Source: Vulcanimicrobiota bacterium (lineage in GTDB: Bacteria > Vulcanimicrobiota > Vulcanimicrobiia > Vulcanimicrobiales > Vulcanimicrobiaceae). Taken from it: DNA of 64,000 nt. The stretch's first letter is position 1. Each line of letters opens with the position of its first letter. The notes under the pieces are model-generated. The model was not told the DNA's origin, did no database searches, and saw only the letters and a program-made list of their open reading frames with translations. Positions 41,750 through 51,660 of this stretch are shown piece by piece. Made by a program: the position numbers and the translations under genes. The stretch spans positions 2,944,001 to 3,008,000 of the forward strand of contig OY970223.1 in the NCBI GenBank assembly GCA_963714015.1. Reading direction: 5' to 3'.

Positions 41750-42865
41750 ATCAAATACTCCTCAGCGTCGGCTCGTTTAAACTCCAGACCAATGCCGGGC
41801 CTGGTCAGATCGGGCTGCAGACAACCCGCCTGCGGGTCAGGCGTACCGTCGAAAATGCGTTTTTCGATCAGCACGTGGTCGTGAAAATACTCGATGTGAC
41901 GCAGCATTTTCGCGGCTGCGGCGGCATGAACGGTCGCGTACGGCGCGCAATGGCTCGATAGCGGAACGTTGCGCGACTCGCATAGCGCATCCACCGCAAG
42001 AAACCCGCTGATGCCGCCGCAGCGCGTAACGTCCGCTTGCAAGACGTCCGCGGCGCCGCTCTCAAGCATTCTGCTGAAGTCATAAGGCGCATAGCCGTAT
42101 TCGCCGTTACTTATCTCCATTATCGCGGGCGCCCGCTCCCGGACGAAGGCGTTGCCCGCCAAATCGTTGTGATAGACCGGTTCTTCGTACCAAGTGACCC
42201 GCGATTCGGCGAACCGTGCCGCTAAATCGAGAGCTCTGTTTCACACAATAGGCACCGTTTGCGTCGACGAACAGCTCGGCTTCTTTGCCAATCGCTTTGC
42301 GAGCTGCCGCAACGCGCTCGGGATCGGCATGCGGCTCGCGTCCGATCTTCATCTTGACGCGTGGAATGTCCATGCCGCGGGTCCAGCCGGAGAGCTGCGC
42401 GGTGAGCTGTGGAATCGAGTACGACGTGAACCCGCCGCTGCCGTACACGGGAATGCGATCCCGCGCGCTCCCCAGCAGCGAACACACCGGCGCCTCCAAG
42501 ATTTTGCCCTTCAAATCCCAAAGCGCGAGATCGACCGCCGAGATCGCCATCGCCGTAACCCCTTCGCGTCCGTTGTTGCGAATTTTTGCGTAGAGGGCGG
42601 CGTTCAGCGCAGCGATTTGCATCGCGTCCCGTCCCATCAGGACTTCGCGCAGCATATCGTCGACGAGTGCGGCAACCGCGGAGCTCGCATAGGTATAGCC
42701 CATACCGGTGCAGCCGCCGGCGCGCAGCTCCACGAGGACCATCGTGGTTGCCTTCCACTCGAGCGTTCCATCCGATTCGGGCTGCTCCGCCGGAAAACGG
42801 TACGCCCGCGCTACAACCGATTCAATGGGACATGCTGCGCCGACTGCCTTAGCAGTCTGCATCAC
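41746..42865 (-). CDS. Mandelate racemase/enolase-superfamily enzyme (frameshift near 42235)
   Basis: ISAVDLALWDLKGK, YGSGG, KMKIG, VDANG, YEEP, GEY, SSHC. Confidence 0.9.
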
Positions 42866-44679
42866 TTGTCCTTTTGCGTGCGCTCTTCGCCCCGGTGCGG
42901 AATCACGCCCGCAATCATCTGCCGGATCTGATTGCCCAGCATCGGCCCTTCATCGGGGTCGCCCTTGCGTACGGCCTTCAGGAAGTGGATTGCCTGATCG
43001 CGCGAGATGTGCGGCGGCAACGTCGCAATGTTGCCGTCCACGACCGCTTCGAATACGACGGGACGATCGGAATTGAGCGCTTCTTCCCAGGCCGCTTCGA
43101 CGGCGTCGGGCGAGTCGACGCGAATGCCTTTGAATCCAAGGGATTCACCGAATCGGGCGTATGCGAAATCCGGAAGAGGCTGCGTCTCCATATTCTTGGG
43201 CGCGCCGCCCAGAATTCGCTGCTCCCAGCTCACTTGGTTCAGGTCTCTGTTGTTGAGCACGAGGAAAATGAGCCGCGGATCGCTCCATTTGTGCCAGTAC
43301 TTGTAGACCGTCAGCAGTTCGTTCAATCCGTTCATCTGCATTGCTCCGTCGCCCGGCAGCGATATCACGACGCGCTCGGGGAACGCGAATTTCGCTGCGA
43401 TCGCATAAGGAACCGCAGAACCCATCGAGGCCAAGTTTCCGGAAACGCTCATCTTCATTCCGCGGCGCACCATCAGATAGCGGGCCATCCAGTTCGTCGG
43501 CGTACCGGCGTCGCCTGTGATGATGGCGCGCGGCGGCACCTTTTTGTTCAGCACGGAGAAGAGCAGCTGGGGATTGAGCGGATCGGCCGGCTGATGGGCG
43601 CGATCTTCCTCAATGGCGTACCATTCCGCCTTATTCTTTGCGATGCTCTCGCGCCAGCTCGAGTCGCTTTTCTGATCGAGATGCGGAAGTAAAGCCTGCA
43701 GCGTATCGACCGCGTCGCCGATCATGTTGACGTTCGTCGGATAGCGCAGACCCATATACCGGGGATCGATGTCGATCTGCACGCCCGGCACCGAGCCGTC
43801 CTTCGGTAAAAACTCCGAGTACGGAAAGTTCGTCCCGATGAGGAACAGCGCGTCGCATTGATTCATGATGTCGGAGCTCGGACGCGTCCCCAGAAGGCCT
43901 ATCGTGCCGGTCACCCACGGCAAATCGTCCGGCAGAACGTCCTTGCCGAGCAGCGCCTTGGCGCAGCAAGCTTGCAGTTTATCGGCAACCGCTATTACTT
44001 CGTCGGTCGCATTTCGCGCGCCGGCGCCCACGAGCATCGCGACTTTCTTCGCGCCGTTGAGCACTTGGGCGGCCCGCTGAAGGTCGTTGAGCCGCGGGAT
44101 GACCATCGGCATCGAGATCTCGATGCCGCTATGCAGCGTGTCGTGCTTGCGCGGCGGATCGCTGTAGTCTTCCTCCTGCAGATCCTTTGGGAAAATCACC
44201 GTCGATACGCCGCGCATGCCAATCGCCGTGCGCATTGCTCGATCGATCACGTGGCGCGTGGCCGACACGCTGCTGATGGTAGCGTCGTACTCGCTGACGT
44301 CACGGAACAGCGTCTGGAGATCGACTTCCTGCTGGTAGGAACCGCCCAGCGCCGTCGTCGCCGCCTGTCCGACAATCGCAACGACGCCGACGTGATCCAT
44401 CTTCGCGTCGTACAAACCGTTGAGCAGATGAATGGCGCCCGGCCCGGACGTGGCCATGCAGACACCGACCTCGCCGGTGAACTTCGCGTGCGCGCAGGCC
44501 ATGAATGCGGCCATCTCTTCGTGCCGCACTTGAACGAACTCCAGTTTTTCGCTGAAATCCTCCAGCGCCCCGATCAATCCGTTGATGCCGTCGCCGGGAT
44601 ATCCGTAGATCCGCGTGACGCCCCAGTCCACCAAGCGTTGCAGCAAGAACTTGCTTGCGTTCACAGTCGTATGCCCCAT
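42862..44679 (-). CDS. Thiamine-pyrophosphate-dependent enzyme (PoxB-like)
   Basis: YGYPGDGING, RHEEMAAFMA, TSGPGAIHLLNGLYDA, GDGAMQM...NN. Confidence 0.92.
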   Translation of the reverse strand: MGHTTVNASKFLLQRLVDWGVTRIYGYPGDGINGLIGALEDFSEKLEFVQVRHEEMAAFMACAHAKFTGEVGVCMATSGPGAIHLLNGLYDAKMDHVGVVAIVGQAATTALGGSYQQEVDLQTLFRDVSEYDATISSVSATRHVIDRAMRTAIGMRGVSTVIFPKDLQEEDYSDPPRKHDTLHSGIEISMPMVIPRLNDLQRAAQVLNGAKKVAMLVGAGARNATDEVIAVADKLQACCAKALLGKDVLPDDLPWVTGTIGLLGTRPSSDIMNQCDALFLIGTNFPYSEFLPKDGSVPGVQIDIDPRYMGLRYPTNVNMIGDAVDTLQALLPHLDQKSDSSWRESIAKNKAEWYAIEEDRAHQPADPLNPQLLFSVLNKKVPPRAIITGDAGTPTNWMARYLMVRRGMKMSVSGNLASMGSAVPYAIAAKFAFPERVVISLPGDGAMQMNGLNELLTVYKYWHKWSDPRLIFLVLNNRDLNQVSWEQRILGGAPKNMETQPLPDFAYARFGESLGFKGIRVDSPDAVEAAWEEALNSDRPVVFEAVVDGNIATLPPHISRDQAIHFLKAVRKGDPDEGPMLGNQIRQMIAGVIPHRGEERTQKDK

Positions 44680-44709
44680 TTCTTTAAAGCTGACGTTACA
44701 GTGTTACCC

Positions 44710-45423
44710 TCACTCGCCGGTTCCGATACGGCGCACGAGCAAGACGAGCGCGCCCAGGCCGAAAGCCCACGCAACGAACCCTTCGGCGACGGGACCTATG
44801 TTGGCCAACTGCAAACCGCCCGGATTGTACTGCCCCGTCTTCAGGTACCCAATGTATGCGACGAGCAGATTCAAGCTTTTGTCATCAATGATGCCTGTTC
44901 CGAAACGCGGCATCACGTCCGGTCCTTCGCGCACGGCTTCGCCGATCTCGAGCGGCGAGTCGTCCATAAGCGAGGGAGCGATATTTCGATAACCGACGGC
45001 GCCTCCGCCGCGCCCCGTCGCCGCATGACACTGCTCGCAATTTTCGGCGTAGATCTGGCGGCCTTTTCGCAAGGCGGCGGCGTCCGGCGCGAACACGGAA
45101 ATTTGCGGCAGCGATTTGCTGCCCTGCGAGCGCGTCATCACATAATCGACGACTGCCGCGATTTCCTGCGGCGAGAGCTGCGGTCTCTTACGGTACTCTT
45201 GTTCGAACGGCGCCTGCGTAGGCATGCGACCCGTACGCAGCATGAAATCGACCTTTGCAGCGTCCGTTTGCAGCAGCGCAGGCGCCTGTGCTCCGCCCTG
45301 CAGCGCAAAACCATGACAAGAAGCGCATCGAGTTTCGTATATTTGTTTCCCGTCAACGCCTTGCGCGCGCGCCGCTGCGCTTAGCGCAGCAGCCAGCAAG
45401 AGGAAAAATGCGAGCGCTTTCAC
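44710..45423 (-). CDS. qcrC: Di-heme cytochrome c subunit of bcc complex
   Basis: CASCH and CEQCH; TGRMP; NPGG..L...GPVAEGFVAW C-terminal TM. Confidence 0.85.
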   Translation of the reverse strand: MKALAFFLLLAAALSAAARAQGVDGKQIYETRCASCHGFALQGGAQAPALLQTDAAKVDFMLRTGRMPTQAPFEQEYRKRPQLSPQEIAAVVDYVMTRSQGSKSLPQISVFAPDAAALRKGRQIYAENCEQCHAATGRGGGAVGYRNIAPSLMDDSPLEIGEAVREGPDVMPRFGTGIIDDKSLNLLVAYIGYLKTGQYNPGGLQLANIGPVAEGFVAWAFGLGALVLLVRRIGTGE

Positions 45424-46199
45424 GACGGAGCCGGAATCGCCCGCCGCTCTGCCGCAGCCCATGCCGCCGCGGTGCACATGAAGGCGACGAACAAGAGGAA
45501 GCCGCCGGATATCCACATCAAATCCGCTCCGTTGCGCTGATCGGCCAGCGTCATCGCCGCGCTTGCGAAGTACCGCAGGTACGCCGGATACAGCACGTGC
45601 TGCGACGCTCCCAGAGCAAAACCCAAAAAAGCGCCTTGCGGAATAGCGAAAAACAGAAAGAACATCCGAACAGGATACGCAACGGGCCGAGGGGCGTAGC
45701 CGATTTGGATCACGGCTCCCCAGAACAGAAAGGCGGCGCCCAGAAACAGCACGTGTTCCGCGACGTGCACCACGGGGTGTTCCAACGCAAGTTCGTAGAG
45801 CGGTGAAAAATGCGCTCCCCAGAGCACGAAGACGTAAAACAGCCATGCCGTCAGCGGCGAGAACAGCGCGTGGCCTGCCGGGGATCCGGCAAACCCGGTG
45901 AGCAGGCGCGCCTTGGCCGGCGGAAGATCGGCGATCAGGAGCAGCAACGGCGCACCGAGCAGCATCAACGGCGGCGCTACGAGCCACATGACGATGTGCT
46001 GCATCATGTGAACCGCAAACGACGCGTCGGCGGCGCGGTCGAACGGCGGCGAGAGCACCGCGGCAAGCAACGCGTCTCCGGCTAAAAATGCGGCCGCATA
46101 CATAAAGGAAAACGAACGATGAGGAAAGCGGTGCTTGTAGAGCCTTACCGCAAAAAGATACACCGCCGCGATCGCGGCAGCGCCCGCTGCGGCGATCAC
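45420..46199 (-). CDS. ctaG: Cytochrome c oxidase assembly protein (caa3 CtaG type)
   Basis: SFAVHMMQHIVMWLVAPPL, H..PLYE, EH..FL, DQRNGADLMW. Confidence 0.85.
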   Translation of the reverse strand: MIAAAGAAAIAAVYLFAVRLYKHRFPHRSFSFMYAAAFLAGDALLAAVLSPPFDRAADASFAVHMMQHIVMWLVAPPLMLLGAPLLLLIADLPPAKARLLTGFAGSPAGHALFSPLTAWLFYVFVLWGAHFSPLYELALEHPVVHVAEHVLFLGAAFLFWGAVIQIGYAPRPVAYPVRMFFLFFAIPQGAFLGFALGASQHVLYPAYLRYFASAAMTLADQRNGADLMWISGGFLLFVAFMCTAAAWAAAERRAIPAPS

Positions 46200-47563
46200 G
46201 CGACCGGCTCCTCGTCGTACCCGCCCGCCGCGGTGCGCTGCACGCGAACGCGTTCGGTCCGGTGGATGCCGCCCTTACGATTCAAGTCACCGCCGCTCAA
46301 ATAGGCGATCCAAAATGCAATGATCGAACCGAACACGCAAAACAACCGGTAAAACCAGACCAAATCGTTTAGCGGCAAATGCAGGTACCTCGTCTGCACG
46401 TCGTCGCTTCCCGCAAGAAACAGTCCGATCATAAAGACCGCAAAAGCGGCGCCGATTCCCAGCCGCACGGGCTTTTCGCGCGGATGGTCCAGCAAGTGAT
46501 GCTGCGCCCGATCGCCCATTACGGTCGCCTCGATAAACGGATAGCACAGCAAGACGATCATGATCGCCACCGGGAGCACGAGACCAGGCCAAAACGGCGA
46601 GGGGATCATGTGGCCGAACAAGTGGATCGCAAAAGGCGGGCTGAGCCGCAGCGCGCCCTCGAGCCAACCAATGTACCAATCCGGCTGGGCAGGAGTAATG
46701 GCTTTATCGGGTTGGTAAGGTCCCCACAGCCATACGGGATTGATCTGCACCCACGCTCCCAAGGCGCAGCAGACGGCGAGCACTCCGAACATCAAAGCGA
46801 AAGTCCGAATCGTGTATGCCGGAAAGAGCGGCGAGCCGACCACGTTCTCTTCGGTTCGCCGGGAACCGGGGAACTGTGTGTGCTTCTGACGCCAGAGAAT
46901 CGCCAAATGCACGGCGACCGCAGCAGCGATCAACGCCGGCATAAGGTAAACGTGCAGAACGAACAATCTTCCTATCAGATCGGGTGAAGGCCAGGGACCG
47001 CCGCCGAGCCAGAACAACAAATACGTTCCCGCGAACGGAATCGACTGAAGAATCGAGACCGCGATAACCAATCCGATGCCGCTGAGCAGATCGTCGGGCA
47101 GCGAGTACCCGCTGAACCCTTCGAACATGGCGGCAAACAACAGCAATACGCCGATGATCCAATTCAACTCTCGGGGGCTTCGGAACGCGCCGGTGAAGAA
47201 AATGCGGCCCATGTGGAGCACGATCCCGGCGATAAAAATGTTTGCCGCCCAGTGATGGATCTGCCGAATCAGTAGTCCGGCGTTCACGGCAAAGCACAGG
47301 TGCAGCACCGAGTCGTACGCCTCGCTCATTCTCTGTCCTTGCAGCAGATCGTACGGCCCTTGGTAGACGACGTCGTTGGTGCTCGGCACGAACCAAAGGG
47401 CGAGAAACGTTCCCGTAGCCAGGAGCACGAAAAACGTATAGAGGTTGATTTCGCCCAGCATGAAGGACCAATGGTCCGGAAAAGCCTTGCGCAGCGCGTG
47501 GTGAACGAACGTCGCCGTCCCAAACCGGAGATCGGCCCAGTCCAAAAACTTCCGGACCATCAA
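46196..47563 (-). CDS. qcrB: Cytochrome b subunit, actinobacterial type
   Basis: FPDHWSFMLGEI, RQIHHWAA, GYSLPDDLLSG, QKHTQFPG, QPDWY (PDWY Qo motif). Confidence 0.93.
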   Translation of the reverse strand: MMVRKFLDWADLRFGTATFVHHALRKAFPDHWSFMLGEINLYTFFVLLATGTFLALWFVPSTNDVVYQGPYDLLQGQRMSEAYDSVLHLCFAVNAGLLIRQIHHWAANIFIAGIVLHMGRIFFTGAFRSPRELNWIIGVLLLFAAMFEGFSGYSLPDDLLSGIGLVIAVSILQSIPFAGTYLLFWLGGGPWPSPDLIGRLFVLHVYLMPALIAAAVAVHLAILWRQKHTQFPGSRRTEENVVGSPLFPAYTIRTFALMFGVLAVCCALGAWVQINPVWLWGPYQPDKAITPAQPDWYIGWLEGALRLSPPFAIHLFGHMIPSPFWPGLVLPVAIMIVLLCYPFIEATVMGDRAQHHLLDHPREKPVRLGIGAAFAVFMIGLFLAGSDDVQTRYLHLPLNDLVWFYRLFCVFGSIIAFWIAYLSGGDLNRKGGIHRTERVRVQRTAAGGYDEEPVA

Positions 47564-48372
47564 GAATGTTCCCAGAATCCGGGGCCGACGGCGTCGTCGA
47601 AATCGCCGGCGGCACGCACGAATCCGTCGTCCGAGATTTCAATCGGTAACTGCGGAAGCGGCCGGTCCGCGGGCCCGTCCAATACTTTGGCGCCGTCGGT
47701 TACGTCGAATACGGATTGGTGACAAGGGCAGATGAGCTCGCGATCCGCTGCTCGATAAAGCGCAACGGGGCATCCCGCGTGCGTGCAGGCTTTCGAATAC
47801 GCGATGAGCCCTTGCGTCGCGTTCTTTCCAACGCCGTCAGGCAGGCGGATCAGCACGGCCATCGACCGATAATCTCCGGTGTCGCCCTCCGGAAAAACGG
47901 TTTCCATTCCGTCGACGTTGAGATCCGCGGATTTGACCAGCGTCCCGTCGTCGCGCTGCATCCGCATTCCCCGCCGCCACTTCGTATGAAAGAGCGCGTC
48001 ACCGGGTTGCGGACCGAGTGCCGCCAGCGGAAAGATCGCGGCGACGCCAAAAACGCCGAGAGCGGAGTATAAAAGGCGCGTCAACCACTTCTTGCGCGTG
48101 ATCGCCGCAACGCCGTGCTCGAACGCTTCGTCCTGCTTGCCCCGCTCTTCGGCGGGGCATGGAACGGTATCGCGCAGATCGACTACCTCTTCGACCGGAA
48201 CGATCCAGCGCGCCCAGCCCAGCATGGCCGCAGCCAACCCGGTAAAGACGCACGTCAGGGCAAAACCTTGCCACTGGGCGCCGCGCTGGGTTACGAAAGC
48301 GTAGGCGAAGCCGATGCTGCCCGCAATAGAAAACACCAGGGTAGCGGCGAGTGCGCGATCGCGATCCGTCAT
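47560..48372 (-). CDS. qcrA: Rieske Fe-S subunit with multiple N-terminal TM helices
   Basis: AYSKACTHAGCP, CPCHQSVFD, GPADRPLPQL. Confidence 0.93.
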   Translation of the reverse strand: MTDRDRALAATLVFSIAGSIGFAYAFVTQRGAQWQGFALTCVFTGLAAAMLGWARWIVPVEEVVDLRDTVPCPAEERGKQDEAFEHGVAAITRKKWLTRLLYSALGVFGVAAIFPLAALGPQPGDALFHTKWRRGMRMQRDDGTLVKSADLNVDGMETVFPEGDTGDYRSMAVLIRLPDGVGKNATQGLIAYSKACTHAGCPVALYRAADRELICPCHQSVFDVTDGAKVLDGPADRPLPQLPIEISDDGFVRAAGDFDDAVGPGFWEHS

Positions 48373-48938
48373 CGAATCCAGTACACCGTCGTGTAAATGC
48401 CGATCCACATAATCGTGACGAAGTGCCAATAGTAACTGATGGCCTCGGCTCCGCTATGGTCCTCGCTGCGAAAAGCAGGCGAGCGCAAGCCGAAATAGAG
48501 TCCGAGCAGCATCAGCACGCCGGCGACGACGTGCAGTAAGTGAAAGCCGGTCATCGTCACGTAGATCGAACCGTATGCATTGCTCCGCAGCCCGAATGAT
48601 TGATCGGCATAGCCGTGCAGCGCGTCGCCGATGTACGCCAAACCGCCGAGCACGGCGGCGTACAGCCACGCGGATGCCGCGACAAATCGCTTTTTTTGAA
48701 GGGCATGCATCATCGGGAACATCGTCATGCTGCTGAAAATGAGGAACGCCGTACCGAGTGCCGGCCCGATTTCGTCGAGATGCACGTGCGGCGGCGGCCA
48801 GACTTCCGTTCGCGCCTTGAGGTTGTAATACGTCGCAAAGAGCGCGGAAAAGAACATGGTCTCGGATGCGATGAAAACGACCATGCCCAGCACGACCGGA
48901 TGCGTACGGACCGGCAGCGGCAATTCGCGGCGAGCCAT
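48369..48938 (-). CDS. ctaE: Cytochrome c oxidase subunit III
   Basis: GMVVFIASETMFF, YGSIY..TGFHLLHV, YYWHFV. Confidence 0.92.
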   Translation of the reverse strand: MARRELPLPVRTHPVVLGMVVFIASETMFFSALFATYYNLKARTEVWPPPHVHLDEIGPALGTAFLIFSSMTMFPMMHALQKKRFVAASAWLYAAVLGGLAYIGDALHGYADQSFGLRSNAYGSIYVTMTGFHLLHVVAGVLMLLGLYFGLRSPAFRSEDHSGAEAISYYWHFVTIMWIGIYTTVYWIR

Positions 48939-48962
48939 GCTGGTTTTGTACCCCCGCCGACT

Positions 48963-48989
48963 GTTTTTTATCGGACAAATCGTGGGTAT
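48963..48989 (+). promoter_or_regulatory. SigB/SigF-like promoter of ctaCDF
   Basis: GTTT-17 nt-GGGTAT, 12 nt before ATG 49002; opposite-strand GGGTAC 9 nt before ctaE ATG. Confidence 0.6.
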
Positions 48990-49001
48990 GACGCTGGGCA
49001 G

Positions 49002-49661
49002 ATGCCCCTCTTTCACCCCGCATCGCTGCAAGCCATGGACCTGCGCGGTGTCTGGTACATCTTTTTCGGCGCGGCGATGTTCGTTGCGGTTTTTGTCTAC
49101 GGCCTCATTTTCTATTCGATCGTGCGCTGGCGAAGACGGCGCGACGACGACGACAGCTTGCCGCCGCAATTCCATAAGAACACGCCGATAGAACTTACCG
49201 GAGTAATCATTCCCCTGCTGATGGTCATGGGGCTTTTCTATATCACGTTCGTGCGCGAAAAAGTCGTCGACGTTCTGCATCCCGGTCCATACGCGGTCGT
49301 CGATGTAACGGGATATCGCTGGTCTTGGCAGTTCCGCTATCCCGGACACGGAATCGTCGTCAACGGCGGACCGAATGCGCCGCCGACGCTCGTGCTACCC
49401 GCCCGAAGGATGACTCAAATCAACTTGTATTCGCTCGACGTCGTGCACTCGTTTTGGGTGCCGGCGTTCTTGTTCAAGCGCGACGCCACACCCGGCTACG
49501 TCATGCACTTCGACCTGACGCCGACGCGGCTCGGGGACTACCGCGGCGTCTGCGCTGAATTTTGCGGCCTCGACCACGCACTTATGACGTTCCGGGTAAG
49601 GGTGGTGCCCGCTCCGACCTACGCAGAGTGGCTGGCGTCCGGAGGCACCGCGGCGATATGA
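49002..49661 (+). CDS. ctaC: Cytochrome c oxidase subunit II
   Basis: GYRWSWQFRY, DVVHSFWVP, CAEFCGLDHALM CuA ligands. Confidence 0.95.
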   Translation: MPLFHPASLQAMDLRGVWYIFFGAAMFVAVFVYGLIFYSIVRWRRRRDDDDSLPPQFHKNTPIELTGVIIPLLMVMGLFYITFVREKVVDVLHPGPYAVVDVTGYRWSWQFRYPGHGIVVNGGPNAPPTLVLPARRMTQINLYSLDVVHSFWVPAFLFKRDATPGYVMHFDLTPTRLGDYRGVCAEFCGLDHALMTFRVRVVPAPTYAEWLASGGTAAI

Positions 49662-51238
49662 TCCAGTGGCTCACCACGACCAACCACAAGCGCATCGGAT
49701 TGCTCTACATTGCAACCACGTTTTTGTTTTTTATCGTCGCCGGCATTCTGTCTTTGTGCATCCGCGCGCAGCTGGCTCGTCCGGAGCAAACGATCCTGAC
49801 GGCGAACGCTTTCAATCAGGTCTTTACACTGCACGGGACCGCAATGATCTTTCTGGTTGTCGCGCCGTTCGGATTCGGCCTCGCGAATTACCTCGTGCCG
49901 CTGCAGATCGGAGCGCCCGACATGGCGTTCCCGCGGCTGAATGCTTTGAGCGTTTGGCTGTTCATTCTGAGCGGATTTACGATCTTCATGGGCGTTTTCG
50001 CCCAAGGGGGCGCCGCGGCTACCGGATGGACGGCTTACGCGCCGCTTTCCGCCATCATCGTCGGTACCGGAGCCGGGCAGGATCTCTGGCTCGTCGGCAT
50101 CCTGATCAACAGCATCGCTACGATTATGGTGGCCATCAACTTAGTGGCGACGATCTTTCTGTTTCGCGCTCCCGGTATGACGATGTGGCGCATGCCCATC
50201 TTCACCTGGGAGATGCTCGCTACGGCGCTGCTCATTCTGATGGCGTTTCCATCGCTGGCGTGCGTTGTCTGCGAGCTTCTGCTCGAGCGTCATTACGGCG
50301 CGCACTTCTTCGATCCGTCAAACGGCGGAGATCCCATCCTCTACCAGCATCTCTTCTGGTTCTTCGGGCATCCTGAAGTCTACGTAATGATTCTGCCGTA
50401 CTTCGGGGTCATCTCGGAAGTCATTTCGGTCTTCTCGCGCAAACCGGTGTTCGGCTACGTCGGTCTCGTCCTCTCGGCGTTCGCAATTGCGGGACTCTCG
50501 ATGGGAGTATGGGCGCATCACATGTTCACCACCGGAGCCGTGACGAACGGATTCTTCTCCGGGATGTCGTTCCTCATCGCCGTCCCGACGGGAGTAAAGT
50601 ATTGGAACTGGATCGGGACCATGTGGAAGGGCAAGCTCGAGATGAGTGCTGCGATGCTCTTTGCGATGGGATTTCTGTGCAATTTTCTCATCGGAGGGAT
50701 AAGCGGCGTCATGGTCGCCTCGCCTCCGATCGACTATCACGTGGAAGACAGCTATTTTCTGGTTGCGCATTTCCACTATACGCTGGGCGGCGGGGCGCTG
50801 TTCGCAATCTTTGCGGCCGTGTATTTCTGGTTCCCGAAGATGTTCGGCGTTCGCTTGAACGAGACACTCGGGAAGATCAACTTCTGGACGATGTTCGTCG
50901 GGTTCAACTGCACGTTCTTGCCGATGTTCTTCATGGGAATCGAAGGCATGCCGCGGCGCGTCTACACTTACGCGCCGATAGCAGACCTGCCGTGGCTCAA
51001 CGCGCTGGCGTCCGTCGGCGCAGGCATCATCGCGATCAGCGCAATCGTATTCGTTCTGAACGTGATCCTTTCGCGCGTCGTGCGCGAACCGGCCGGTGAC
51101 GATCCTTGGCGAGCCAACACGCTCGAGTGGGCGACCACCTCGCCGCCGCCCGAGTTCAATTTTCACGCGCTGCCGCCGATTCGATCGGAGCGACCCTTGT
51201 GGGATATGCGGCATCCGAATTTAGCTCAGCCCCAATGA
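49658..51238 (+). CDS. ctaD: Cytochrome c oxidase subunit I (A1 type)
   Basis: TTNHKRIG, PDMAFPRLN, FWFFGHPEVY, WAHHMF, VAHFHY, GMPRR. Confidence 0.97.
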   Translation: MIQWLTTTNHKRIGLLYIATTFLFFIVAGILSLCIRAQLARPEQTILTANAFNQVFTLHGTAMIFLVVAPFGFGLANYLVPLQIGAPDMAFPRLNALSVWLFILSGFTIFMGVFAQGGAAATGWTAYAPLSAIIVGTGAGQDLWLVGILINSIATIMVAINLVATIFLFRAPGMTMWRMPIFTWEMLATALLILMAFPSLACVVCELLLERHYGAHFFDPSNGGDPILYQHLFWFFGHPEVYVMILPYFGVISEVISVFSRKPVFGYVGLVLSAFAIAGLSMGVWAHHMFTTGAVTNGFFSGMSFLIAVPTGVKYWNWIGTMWKGKLEMSAAMLFAMGFLCNFLIGGISGVMVASPPIDYHVEDSYFLVAHFHYTLGGGALFAIFAAVYFWFPKMFGVRLNETLGKINFWTMFVGFNCTFLPMFFMGIEGMPRRVYTYAPIADLPWLNALASVGAGIIAISAIVFVLNVILSRVVREPAGDDPWRANTLEWATTSPPPEFNFHALPPIRSERPLWDMRHPNLAQPQ

Positions 51239-51618
51239 AGACCTACGCGGGCTTGTTCACCTCGTCCGCGCTCTTCGGTCTGGCGATTTGCGTCGTGTAC
51301 TGGTTCTCGTCGCACGACCGCGGAACGACGCTGCTCCTTGGCTTTATGACGATAGCGATGACTTGGGCCGCGGGCTTCTCACTCATCGGCGAACGTTACT
51401 CCAACCTTCCGGGCGATGACCCGCATAAGCAGCACAAAGAGATCGCCGGCGAAGAGGTGGCGGTCGTCACCAAAACCAGCCCTTGGCCGATCTGCTTGGC
51501 CTTCTCGATCCTTTGGACGTTCGTCGGCGTCATCTGGTCCGACTTCATGATTTTCTCGGGCATCGTCGCGATGCTTCTCTGCCTTTGGCGCCTCGGCGCC
51601 GAAAGCTCTCGCGTCTAG
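51235..51618 (+). CDS. ctaF: Cytochrome c oxidase subunit 4 (actinobacterial CtaF-like)
   Basis: VVYWFSS...PGDDP...GEEV..SPWP pattern; follows ctaD with ATGA overlap. Confidence 0.75.
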   Translation: MKTYAGLFTSSALFGLAICVVYWFSSHDRGTTLLLGFMTIAMTWAAGFSLIGERYSNLPGDDPHKQHKEIAGEEVAVVTKTSPWPICLAFSILWTFVGVIWSDFMIFSGIVAMLLCLWRLGAESSRV

Positions 51619-51660
51619 TTCTCGCAGGTTGAAGCGCCGGGGATAACGTAGCAGTTTTCG

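Noticed and set aside
39758..45384. Long antisense ORFs (39758..41884, 43858..45384 and similar)
   Set aside because: Shadow frames of high-GC genes on the opposite strand with no recognisable motifs.
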